Both the position numbers and the translations under genes were made by a program. The notes beneath the pieces are model-generated. The model worked only from the letters and a program-made list of their open reading frames with translations. It was not told where the DNA came from and did no database searches. Below, piece by piece: positions 26,976-35,789 of a stretch of DNA of 64,000 nt (the first letter of the stretch is position 1; the number at the start of each line of letters is the position of its first letter). Origin of the DNA: Methanobacteriota archaeon (lineage in GTDB: Archaea; Thermoplasmatota; Thermoplasmata; Methanomassiliicoccales; UBA472); the NCBI GenBank assembly GCA_021372315.1, contig JAJFUT010000065.1, positions 1,508 to 65,507 of the forward strand, written 5' to 3'.

Positions 26976-26978
26976 TTA

Positions 26979-27980
26979 TTACGCCCCCTGCTTGGATTCT
27001 ACGGACACGTACACCAGGGTCGGCGCTTCCTTCAGCTCGATACCGTACTTCCTTATCGGGTCCCTGAGGCGTATCAAACGCTTGGTGGTTCCCGGAACGG
27101 AGCCGTGTATCAGAACATAGCTGGTCCTAACGTCGCCATAATGGACGAACCCGCCCTTGGGGTTGATCTCCTCGCCCTTTGCGCCCACCTTGATGATGCG
27201 CTTGTTGACCTCGGTCCTCTGGTGGTAGCCCATCTGACCGGATTGCGGGGCGGTGTTCCTAACATATCCCGGCCTCTTCGGACCCAAGGTACCGACCATG
27301 CGGCGGTGCTTGCTGTTCTTGTGGGACAGCAGCTTAAGGCCCCAGCGCTTTACAGCTCCCTGGAAGCCCTTTCCCTTGGTGACCGCGGAGACATCGATCA
27401 ATGAGCCTTCGTGGGCGAAGTCGTTGAATGTGATGTCCTTGCCCAGGATGCCCTTTGCGTACTCCATCCTCTTGTCCATGGTGCCGCCGCCGATCCTGAG
27501 CTCCATGAGCTCGGGGACCTTCTTCGGGACTCCACTGATCATCTTAGGCTGTGTGTACGCCAGGATGCGGATATCTTCGATGTCCACTCCCTTGACCTTC
27601 TCCCAGGCCTTGTCTTGTTCGTAGTTCTTCGGGATCGGCAGCCTGCGCGCGAGCATCTCATCGATGCTGGCAGCCCAGATCTCGCCCGCGGTCTTGAGGC
27701 CATATCTGGTGGTCTCATAGAGCCTGATGGCGGCGACCTTCATCGGCGGAACCTCCACGACGGTGACAGGGATGCGGATCTCCTGACCGGCGGTGGTGCT
27801 CTGCTTTCTGTAGTCCACCATCATTGCGTGCGTCATCCCGGCCTTGTAGCCGGCGAATCCCTGGACCTTCGGGCCTTCGCTGATCTCGGGCCAGTGGTCT
27901 ATCTTTGGTGTCTGCCTCGATGCCCTCTTTCTCGGCGAATAGGCCATCGAGCCTTGTCTTGGACGTCTCTTGTTCGGCAT
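26979..27980 (-). CDS. rpl3: 50S ribosomal protein uL3
   Basis: PRQGSMAYSPRKRA N-terminus. FQGAVKRWG motif. Strong SD (GAGGGGGA) directly upstream. Confidence 0.95.
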   Translation of the reverse strand: MPNKRRPRQGSMAYSPRKRASRQTPKIDHWPEISEGPKVQGFAGYKAGMTHAMMVDYRKQSTTAGQEIRIPVTVVEVPPMKVAAIRLYETTRYGLKTAGEIWAASIDEMLARRLPIPKNYEQDKAWEKVKGVDIEDIRILAYTQPKMISGVPKKVPELMELRIGGGTMDKRMEYAKGILGKDITFNDFAHEGSLIDVSAVTKGKGFQGAVKRWGLKLLSHKNSKHRRMVGTLGPKRPGYVRNTAPQSGQMGYHQRTEVNKRIIKVGAKGEEINPKGGFVHYGDVRTSYVLIHGSVPGTTKRLIRLRDPIRKYGIELKEAPTLVYVSVESKQGA

Positions 27981-28185
27981 ATATCCCCCTCTCAGTTGTG
28001 AGAGAGTACACTCTCTGGTTGCTAACGCTCTGTCTCAAGAGTGTTGAGATTTGCACCTTCGACCGTGACTCTGAATTCGCCGTCCAGAATATTGTTGGAC
28101 GACGGTTGAGGGATGTTTTCACATTGCCCAAGGAGTCTGGTCGAACGTCCTCAATGCGTTGAGCGGCCTCCCATAAAACTAGATG

Positions 28186-28193
28186 TATATAAA
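28186..28193 (-). promoter_or_regulatory. putative TATA box of the rpl3 ribosomal-protein operon
   Basis: TTTATATA on the minus strand, ~205 nt upstream of the rpl3 ATG. Implies a ~180-nt leader. Confidence 0.4.
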
Positions 28194-28267
28194 TTGTATG
28201 GTGTTCTGGACCTCATCTGCATAAATAATAGCGGATGAGGTTTTTAGGCATCTGGCCATAGCGAGGA

Positions 28268-28588
28268 TCAGAGCTTGCCTTCCTTCGCCTTTTTCTGAAG
28301 CCTCGTTCGCCTCTCCTTTGAGGTGAAACCGGTAGCTCCCTCGAGGAAGGTGTTGTATCGCTTGATCGTCTCGTTCGCGACCTCGGAGGTGACATCGGTC
28401 CTCATCTTCGTGTTGATGCTCACCGAGCTCTTGCTCAGGACCTTCGCCTCAAGGCTCTCTATCGCTCCGTACGAGGCAGTGACCGTATCTGCTTTCATCT
28501 CTGCCTTTCCGAAGGCGCTCTCCGCGATCTTCCGGAGCCCGTCGCCCTCTATATCGCTGTAGTGTCCCTTCTTGACATCATAGTCCAT
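28268..28588 (-). CDS. small conserved hypothetical protein
   Basis: 106-aa ORF with coding-like composition and a lysine-rich C-terminus (RRTRLQKKAKEGKL). No motif recognised. Confidence 0.5.
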   Translation of the reverse strand: MDYDVKKGHYSDIEGDGLRKIAESAFGKAEMKADTVTASYGAIESLEAKVLSKSSVSINTKMRTDVTSEVANETIKRYNTFLEGATGFTSKERRTRLQKKAKEGKL

Positions 28589-28609
28589 TTCTGCTCACCG
28601 GTCCTTTTC

Positions 28610-29644
28610 TCATAGCTCAGGTTCGTCCTCTATGTGACGCGACATGTCGACCGTCGTCCTCATGACGCCCTGAAGGTCGACCTCGGCCCTCCACCGGACG
28701 CGGCACTCGCAGTCCAGGCCCTCTAGGTCGTCGAGGTTCTGCGAGAACGAGAATCTTTCGACCGCGTCAAGAACCTTTCTGTCGCACTTGCCGCAGTTGT
28801 GGGCCCCTCTGGCCGTGGCCCCTCCGCTCGGGGCGGACATGACCCTCACGCTCGTGAGGCGCTTGCCTTCCCTGAGCGTTTCGACGAGCGACCAGAGCCA
28901 GGGCGGTCTGAGATCGCCGCGTCTCCACATGTCCTCGACGACGGTTCCCGACTGAACGTTAAGCGGGTTGATGGATATGGAATCCGAGAATGATGACGCG
29001 AACGCGATGGAGCGTATCGTATCGTCCATGGCCTGCTTCTCCGTAAGGAACGGAGGTTTCAATATCAGATACGTGCGGATCGGTATGCCCGCCGCCTTGA
29101 GGTTCTCCGCGGCCTTCTCGATGTCCGCCCGCCTGAACCCCTTCCTTATGCACTTCGAGCGAACATCATCGCTCTCCGTCTCTAGGCCGAGCGCTACGAC
29201 GCACCTGCCCTTCGGCAGCTTGGCGAGCATCTCCTCAGTGATGAACTCGGGGCGGCTCTCGAACAGGACCTTGTCGGCCTTGGCGAAGGTCTCGAACAGT
29301 ACATCCCTCACATCCGAAGGCATCTCGTTCTCGTCGAGGAAGCTTCCGGATGTATACACCTTGACCATCCTTTCGCCCTCGTACTTCAGCGCCGCCTTCG
29401 ATATCTGGGACCTCAGGTCGTCGGAGGTGAGGTCGTCGAGGCTTTCGACGTTGTAGCCGCACATCGTGCAGCCTCCCTTCTTGGCCCACCAGCAACCTTT
29501 CGTCCTGAGGATGACGACCATCGCCCTGACCCTCTGCCCGTCGATCATGTCATCTTCCTTCCAGACCGTGACCGGGCTTGTCTTGTCGGGGGCTTGTCTT
29601 TCCTCTCTCATCGGAGTCCTTCCAATAACCTTCGGACGGGTCAT
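28610..29644 (-). CDS. radical SAM protein, TIGR01210/RaSEA-like (archaeosine-pathway-type family)
   Basis: RTKGCWWAKKGGCTMCGY cluster motif characteristic of this radical-SAM subfamily. The start is uncertain (GTG 29713, ATG 29644 or ATG 29611). Confidence 0.55.
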   Translation of the reverse strand: MTRPKVIGRTPMREERQAPDKTSPVTVWKEDDMIDGQRVRAMVVILRTKGCWWAKKGGCTMCGYNVESLDDLTSDDLRSQISKAALKYEGERMVKVYTSGSFLDENEMPSDVRDVLFETFAKADKVLFESRPEFITEEMLAKLPKGRCVVALGLETESDDVRSKCIRKGFRRADIEKAAENLKAAGIPIRTYLILKPPFLTEKQAMDDTIRSIAFASSFSDSISINPLNVQSGTVVEDMWRRGDLRPPWLWSLVETLREGKRLTSVRVMSAPSGGATARGAHNCGKCDRKVLDAVERFSFSQNLDDLEGLDCECRVRWRAEVDLQGVMRTTVDMSRHIEDEPEL

Positions 29645-29685
29645 CTGTGGTAGGTCTATAAAAAATCGTGCAGAAGAAAGGGGGC

Positions 29686-31104
29686 ATGTCGCCGCTATAT
29701 CCCCAAGGAACACTTTATATTCAGGCTCAAGAATCCGCTGGCGAGGTTGCCGAATTGGCCCGAAAGATCATAGTCATCGGCTCCGGCGCAGCTGGAATGA
29801 CAGCAGCGTCGACAGCCCGTTCAAGCTCGAAAGACTCGATCATCGATGTTTTCACCGAGGACGGTCATGTCTCATACTCGCCATGCGCGATCCCCTTCGT
29901 CATCGAAGGCAAGATCAAGGACTTCGGATCGATCGTCATGCACACCCCCGAATGGTACGGGAAGGAGCGCAACATAGCGGTCCATATCAGGACGAAGATA
30001 ACGTCCGTCGATGTCGATGCGAAGAAGGTCACCGCATCCGACGGCACGAAGCACGATTACGACTCGCTGATACTGGCCACTGGCGGCAACGTATTGTTCC
30101 CCCCGATCGAGGGGACGAAACTGCCAGGCGTGTATCCTGTGAGGTTCATCTCCGACGGTAAGGCCATACTGGACGCTCTTCCGAACGTGAAGAGCGCCGT
30201 GGTCGTCGGCGCAGGGGTGATCGGCCTCGAGATGGCGGTTGCGCTGCGCAAAGCCGGCAAGGACGTCACGGTCGTGGAGATGTTCAAACAGACGATCCCT
30301 AGGATATTCGACGAGGACATGGCCAAGATGGTCCAGGACCACTGCGAGTCACTCGGCATCAAGTTCCTGATGGGAGATCCCTGCGGTTCCATCGGCGGCG
30401 ATGGCAAGGTCGAGAAGGTCGTCGTCGGAGGTAAGGACGTCCCATGCCAGATGGTCATAATGGCCACGGGCGTCAGGGCGAACCTGGAGCTTCCGAACTT
30501 GATGGGCCTCGACATCGGTGCGCTCGGCGCGGTCAGGGTGAGCGCGACGATGCAGCCCTACCGCAAGGGCAGGTTGCTCAAGGACGTCTACATTGCCGGA
30601 GACGTCGTCATGTGCGAGTCGTCGGTTGCACCAGGCCCGACGATGAGCCAGCTCGGCTCTTCCGCCGTGAGGCAGGGAAGGGTCGCCGGGCTCAACGCGG
30701 CCGGCGACTATGCTATCCACCCAGGCGTCGCAAGCCCGTTCATCAGCGCGATCGGCGATATCCAGGTCGGAGGGGCTGGCCTGTCCAAGGGCCTTGCCGA
30801 GTACTACGGCATCAAGGTCGTCGAGGGGAAGGCCAGAGGCTCTACGAGGGCTCGATACTATCCGGGCGGTAAGCCGCTCATCGTCAAGGTCCTTGCCGAC
30901 GCGTCGAACGGCAAGATCATCGGAGGTCAGGTGGTCGCCGAGGAGGACGTCAACGGAAGGATCAACTGGCTCTCCGCCGTGATCACGAAGGGGGTCACCG
31001 TAGGCGAGTTCCTATCGGACATGGAGAACGCGTACTGCCCGCCGACGTCGATGGTCCGAGATACCGTCTTCGACGCGATGGAAGACCTGAAGTCCAAACT
31101 ATGA
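29686..31104 (+). CDS. FAD-dependent pyridine nucleotide-disulfide oxidoreductase (NADH oxidase / CoA-disulfide reductase family)
   Basis: Dinucleotide fold KIIVIGSGAAG, single redox Cys motif SYSPCAIPF, second Rossmann VVVGAGVIGLE. The true start may be the in-frame TTG at 29755, preceded by GAGGT. The ORF is open from 29668. Confidence 0.8.
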   Translation: MSPLYPQGTLYIQAQESAGEVAELARKIIVIGSGAAGMTAASTARSSSKDSIIDVFTEDGHVSYSPCAIPFVIEGKIKDFGSIVMHTPEWYGKERNIAVHIRTKITSVDVDAKKVTASDGTKHDYDSLILATGGNVLFPPIEGTKLPGVYPVRFISDGKAILDALPNVKSAVVVGAGVIGLEMAVALRKAGKDVTVVEMFKQTIPRIFDEDMAKMVQDHCESLGIKFLMGDPCGSIGGDGKVEKVVVGGKDVPCQMVIMATGVRANLELPNLMGLDIGALGAVRVSATMQPYRKGRLLKDVYIAGDVVMCESSVAPGPTMSQLGSSAVRQGRVAGLNAAGDYAIHPGVASPFISAIGDIQVGGAGLSKGLAEYYGIKVVEGKARGSTRARYYPGGKPLIVKVLADASNGKIIGGQVVAEEDVNGRINWLSAVITKGVTVGEFLSDMENAYCPPTSMVRDTVFDAMEDLKSKL

Positions 31105-31158
31105 ACCTATTCCTTTCTGCGGGCAGGGTTCATCTATCTGCATAACGTTCTCGTCCCC

Positions 31159-32757
31159 GTGACAGAGAACGATCTTTCCAATTCTTCTGCAGGCGACTGC
31201 CGCATCAAGGTCTTCAACCCCGCAACGCTCAAGCTCGTCGGGGAGGTTCGTTGCACACATATTGATAATCTGGCCGATATCGTTGCTTCCGCCAGGGAAG
31301 CTCAGCGCGAATGGTATGCGTTGACCTCAGGCGAGCGGAGAAAGGTCCTGCTCAGGACGCAGGCCAACGTCCTCCACAGCAAGGAGGAATTGATCAAGGT
31401 CATCATGGCCGAGACCGGGAAGCCCCGGATCGAAGCGATAGGCAATGACATCATGGCAGGCCTGAGCGTCGGCGATTATTGCATCGATGTCATCGAGTCG
31501 AACTTCCAGGAGAGGAAGGTCGACTACGGGAGGCTGGGAACGGCGTTCAAGTTCCTTGGGAGGAGATCGTTCATCTCGCCAAGGCCTCTGGGCGTCATCG
31601 GGATCATAAGTCCATGGAACTATCCGTTCGGCATACCCTATTCCCAGACGATCATGGCCTTGGCGGCGGGCAACGCCGTCGTCCTCAAGCCGTCCTCATA
31701 CACGCCGATGACCGCATCGCTCATGAAGGAGCTGTTCGATGGCTCGGGTGTGCCGGAAGGCCTCGTCAACGTCGTCTACGGCTCAGGCGGCACGGTCGGC
31801 AAGGCCCTGATCTCATCCGGGGTCGACCGTATCATATTCACAGGGAGCGGGGAGACCGGGAGGCAGGTCATGTCGATGGCCGCGCAGACGCTCACGCCGG
31901 TCACGCTCGAGCTCGGGGGGAAGGACCCGATGATCGTGCTTCCGGACGCCGACATCGAAAGGGCAGTAAAGGCGGCCGTCTGGGGCTCCTTCGTCAACGC
32001 AGGGCAGACCTGCGCATGCGTCAAGAGGATTTACGTCCACGAAAAGGTCATCGAGGGGTTCGCCAGGAATATGGTCAATCGGACATCCACGCTGAAGATC
32101 GGGGACGGTTCGAGCGATCCCACCGTGTCCGTAGGGCCTTTGATATCGGAGGAGGCGGTAGCTGAGATGGAGAGGACCGTCGCCATGGCCGTCGGCCAGG
32201 GAGGGAAAGTGCTCATCGGAGGAAGCAGGGTCAAGCGCCTGAACGGGCACTTCTTCGAGCCCACCATCATCGGGGACGTGACCCAGGACATGGAGGTCTG
32301 TCAGAACGAGACGTTCGGGCCGATCGTCGCACTGCTCCCCTTCAAGACGGAGGAGGAGGCCATCCATTTCGCTTGGGACAACCCCCACGCGCTCACGGCG
32401 TCCGTATGGACGGACGATCTGCGAAAGGGAAATGAGATCGCCAGGAGGTTGCCTGGCGGCACGGTCATGATCAACAATTGCCTCTACACGTACGGCCTCG
32501 GGGCCACGCCATGGGGCGGAAGCAAGGGGAGCGGCTTCGGGAGGACGCACGGAGAGCTTGGGTTCATGGAGCTTGTGGACTCGCAGCACATCCATGTCGA
32601 TGACGGAAGATACCCCAGGGACCTGTGGTGGTCCCCGTACGACAAGGAGGCCCTCGACGGGGTCGAGCAGATGATGGACGGGCTGTTCAAGGGCAGGCCG
32701 TCCGAACCCGCACTGAAGCTGGTCGGCCTCCGCAAGCTGATGAGGCGCCGCGATTGA
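31159..32757 (+). CDS. aldehyde dehydrogenase family protein
   Basis: ELGGKDP glutamate motif, catalytic Cys region NAGQTCACVKR, FNPAT N-terminal motif. GTG start. Confidence 0.85.
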   Translation: MTENDLSNSSAGDCRIKVFNPATLKLVGEVRCTHIDNLADIVASAREAQREWYALTSGERRKVLLRTQANVLHSKEELIKVIMAETGKPRIEAIGNDIMAGLSVGDYCIDVIESNFQERKVDYGRLGTAFKFLGRRSFISPRPLGVIGIISPWNYPFGIPYSQTIMALAAGNAVVLKPSSYTPMTASLMKELFDGSGVPEGLVNVVYGSGGTVGKALISSGVDRIIFTGSGETGRQVMSMAAQTLTPVTLELGGKDPMIVLPDADIERAVKAAVWGSFVNAGQTCACVKRIYVHEKVIEGFARNMVNRTSTLKIGDGSSDPTVSVGPLISEEAVAEMERTVAMAVGQGGKVLIGGSRVKRLNGHFFEPTIIGDVTQDMEVCQNETFGPIVALLPFKTEEEAIHFAWDNPHALTASVWTDDLRKGNEIARRLPGGTVMINNCLYTYGLGATPWGGSKGSGFGRTHGELGFMELVDSQHIHVDDGRYPRDLWWSPYDKEALDGVEQMMDGLFKGRPSEPALKLVGLRKLMRRRD

Positions 32758-32762
32758 CGGAG

Positions 32763-33983
32763 CTATAGTCTCCTGATGCTGATCGGCCTTCCAGACCCCT
32801 TCGCCCTCTGCTTCGCGATCGCCAGCATCCCTTTCTCATCAGGCAGCGAGCCGAGCATCGACATGTCGTCCTCGGTGAGAAGCTCGTTCATGAGCATCCC
32901 AGAGACCATCGACCTCTCATCATCGGACAGCTCGGGCAGGGACCATATGAGGACGAGCGCGTCCCTCAGGTCAGAGCCTAGGGCCATCTCCTCCCCTATC
33001 TCGGACCTCACCTCGTCGTCATAGGCGCGGAGGTCCGGCCCCTTGTTCCTAAACGACAATGCGGCGACCCTGCCGGCCACCTTCCCGCAGATGTATGAGG
33101 GCATGATGCCCTCTCCGACAAATGCCAGGGTCTGCCCGGCCGCATCTCCTGCATAGAGCACGTTCCCGACCACCGGTCCGCCGTCGAACCCAGGGACGGG
33201 GGCGTCCCCCGCCTTCACCTCTAGGATCTTATCCGGGTCGAAGTACTGGGACACGACAGGGTGCTCCGAGATCCAGTCGGTCAGGAAATCGCGCCTCGAT
33301 TCGCTCCTACCGACGAGGCCGAGCCCAACGTTCGCCCGGTACGGCCCCTTCGGTATTATCCAGCCGTAGCCGAGGCCGATCTCAGGCTCGATGAATATCT
33401 GCATGCAGGGGGGGACCCTCTTCTTCGACACCATCTCGAACTCGATGCCTCTGGCGATGCCATCCTTTTCAAGGGGGGGCCTCGATTGGATCGCTCCCAT
33501 GGTGGAATGGACCCCGTCCGCGGCGATGACGACCTTGGGCTCCACCTTCACGTCCTTCCCCCTCCACCTAAGGACGACGGACCGCACGTCGTCGCCATCG
33601 AGCTCCGCGGACATCAGCCTGCAATCCGCCTGGACCGACGCGCCCGAGAGTGCAGCCTGCATGGCCAGATGCTTGTCGAAGACCTTGCGCTCGACAGTGG
33701 CACTTCGCCAATAAGGTGAGCGGTTGTCGACGACGAACTTCCTGGACACGACGAACCTCGTGAAGTTCTGCCTTCCGCAGATGGCCGAGGGAGGGATCTT
33801 GAGGTCGGTCATCTCCAGGAGGGACAGGCCCACCACCTCCCCGCACTGGACAGGCGTCCCGATCTCCTTCTTCCTATCGATAACGAGCGTCCTGGCCCCG
33901 TTCTCCGCGGCCCCTTTTCCCGCGCCCGAACCTGCAGGTCCCGCGCCAACAACCAGTACATCAAATTCCAATTCACTCACCAT
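32763..33983 (-). CDS. geranylgeranyl reductase family flavoprotein
   Basis: FDVLVVGAGPAGSGAG FAD fold, YAGDAAG motif, ~400 aa. The start overlaps the upstream paralog's stop. Confidence 0.8.
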   Translation of the reverse strand: MVSELEFDVLVVGAGPAGSGAGKGAAENGARTLVIDRKKEIGTPVQCGEVVGLSLLEMTDLKIPPSAICGRQNFTRFVVSRKFVVDNRSPYWRSATVERKVFDKHLAMQAALSGASVQADCRLMSAELDGDDVRSVVLRWRGKDVKVEPKVVIAADGVHSTMGAIQSRPPLEKDGIARGIEFEMVSKKRVPPCMQIFIEPEIGLGYGWIIPKGPYRANVGLGLVGRSESRRDFLTDWISEHPVVSQYFDPDKILEVKAGDAPVPGFDGGPVVGNVLYAGDAAGQTLAFVGEGIMPSYICGKVAGRVAALSFRNKGPDLRAYDDEVRSEIGEEMALGSDLRDALVLIWSLPELSDDERSMVSGMLMNELLTEDDMSMLGSLPDEKGMLAIAKQRAKGSGRPISIRRL

Positions 33984-35059
33984 CCGAATTCCATCGATCT
34001 CTCGAAAGACCTGTACAATTGAAGGTATTTAGGCTGACGAAGCATCGCCAGCGTTGCCCTGGCTCCGGTATATCCCTTCCTGAACGGCTCGACGGATACG
34101 CGGAGTTGCTCATTGTCCATTGCGCAGATCATGTCGTATCCGCGCTTGAATATCGGGTCAGCGTAAGGGGACGATCGCCAAAGGTCCTGGTACGAGCCTA
34201 GGTCCTCCCTCGCGATAGCTTCTCCGGCCATCCAACCCGCCGTGAAGGCGGTCCTGAGCCCCCCGAACGTCAAGGGATTGGCCTGCGCGGCCGCGTCCCC
34301 GACCAGGCAGATGCCGCCGAGCACGAGCCTCTTCACCGTGCCGATCGGTATGGCCCTTCGATGCATCTCGAGGGCATCGCCGGGGGCCGCGTCGGTCCCT
34401 TTAGGGAATCCGATCCTCGTGTTCTCCCCATTGGGGAATGACCATCTGTACCCTCCCTTGTATCTTTCATCATAGAAGAACTCGATGGCATCCCTGGGGC
34501 CGTTCCCCTTCAGGACGTACTGTTCGGTCCAGATGAGATCGATGTCCTGCTCCCCGAAGATCTTCTCCCTGACGAGCGATCTCGATCCATCCGCACCGAC
34601 CAGATAGTCGGTCGTGAGCGTGCTGCCGTCCGATAGCTTCGAACGGACCCCCTTCCTCGTGATGTCGATGTCATGGAGATTTCCCCTGATGATCTCCCCT
34701 CCTCGGGAGCGGAACTCCTCCATCAGCGCATTAAGAAGTCCGGGACGGTCGATGATGAGCCCGTCCAGTGCCGTCTCGATATCGATCCCGCCGGGCCAAT
34801 GCTCGATCGCCCTCGATATCCTGTTGACGACGAACTTATCGTAATCGATGTCAAGGAGCTCGAGCCCCTTCCGTGAGATCCCCTCCCCGCACATCTTGTG
34901 ATATCTGGGGTACTTGCCCTCATCCAGTCTTTCGATCAGATGGACGTTGGAATTGGGCATCGACCTTTTCAGTGACAGCGCCGCCATCGCTCCCGCAGGA
35001 CCGGCTCCTATGATCGCCGCCTCAAGCCTTGGCAGGTTCGCACCCCCTCCATTCCGCAT
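33977..35059 (-). CDS. geranylgeranyl reductase-like FAD-dependent oxidoreductase (paralog)
   Basis: AAIIGAGPAGAMAA FAD fold and LVGDAAAQANP motif. Confidence 0.7.
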   Translation of the reverse strand: MRNGGGANLPRLEAAIIGAGPAGAMAALSLKRSMPNSNVHLIERLDEGKYPRYHKMCGEGISRKGLELLDIDYDKFVVNRISRAIEHWPGGIDIETALDGLIIDRPGLLNALMEEFRSRGGEIIRGNLHDIDITRKGVRSKLSDGSTLTTDYLVGADGSRSLVREKIFGEQDIDLIWTEQYVLKGNGPRDAIEFFYDERYKGGYRWSFPNGENTRIGFPKGTDAAPGDALEMHRRAIPIGTVKRLVLGGICLVGDAAAQANPLTFGGLRTAFTAGWMAGEAIAREDLGSYQDLWRSSPYADPIFKRGYDMICAMDNEQLRVSVEPFRKGYTGARATLAMLRQPKYLQLYRSFERSMEFGW

Positions 35060-35705
35060 ATTTGGCGACGAACGAATATCCCAGGTCGAAACCCAGGAAC
35101 GCGAAGAAGTATAGATAGGACGAGAGGATGGACATAGCGCAGAGCGCCAGGACGGCCAACTTGAGGACGGGTCTCTCCTTCATCAATGTCCACAGGAACC
35201 CGCTCTTGTTCATGGCGTCTGCCCTGTCGCTGACCCACTCGTCGGCGAACGCAGCGGCGAACACGACTATGATGCCAATAAAACTGACGTTCCCCGGATC
35301 GTTGAATATCGTTATGACCGAAGCGATGAATGCGATGCCGAAACCGAGCTTGAACGCCACGTTATCGTACTTCGAGGCGATGAGGAGGGCCAGGAGCATT
35401 CCGATGAATATCGTCGCCGTGTCCGGGTCGAATATGATCAGGCCGCCCATCCATAGTCCGCAGGGGACCGACAGGAGGTTCGATATCCTTCTGCTGAAGC
35501 AATTGGAATCGTACGATTGGTCTCCATATTTGATCAGGACGCCCAGGGCGATGAACGAGAAGGGTATGAGGATCTCATTGTTCAGATGGACCTCGTTGTT
35601 ATCGATGGAGTAAGACCATGCGATGACGCCGCAAATGAGCGTCATGACGCCATAGGCGATCATCGTACGTCTTTTGTCTATTCTCATAATCAGCCCTTCA
35701 AGCAT
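35022..35705 (-). CDS. integral membrane protein of unknown function, first gene of the GGR-paralog operon
   Basis: 227 aa with 6-7 hydrophobic segments. Its 3' end overlaps the next gene's start. Confidence 0.55.
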   Translation of the reverse strand: MLEGLIMRIDKRRTMIAYGVMTLICGVIAWSYSIDNNEVHLNNEILIPFSFIALGVLIKYGDQSYDSNCFSRRISNLLSVPCGLWMGGLIIFDPDTATIFIGMLLALLIASKYDNVAFKLGFGIAFIASVITIFNDPGNVSFIGIIVVFAAAFADEWVSDRADAMNKSGFLWTLMKERPVLKLAVLALCAMSILSSYLYFFAFLGFDLGYSFVAKYAEWRGCEPAKA

Positions 35706-35789
35706 GTCGAGTGGAGCACACCTACAATACAGGTCAGGGTCTTAAAAGATGGGAGAAAAGGGTTTAAAAAGGATTTGAGGGGATCCGTC

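Noticed and set aside
28211-28245. Hairpin CCTCATC-n16-GATGAGG followed by TTTTT on the plus strand, considered as an intrinsic terminator
   Set aside because: - No plus-strand gene lies upstream of it.
- On the minus strand, downstream of the 28268-28588 gene, the stem is not followed by a T-run.
- It may contribute to the 3' end or stability of that transcript, but the evidence is weak.
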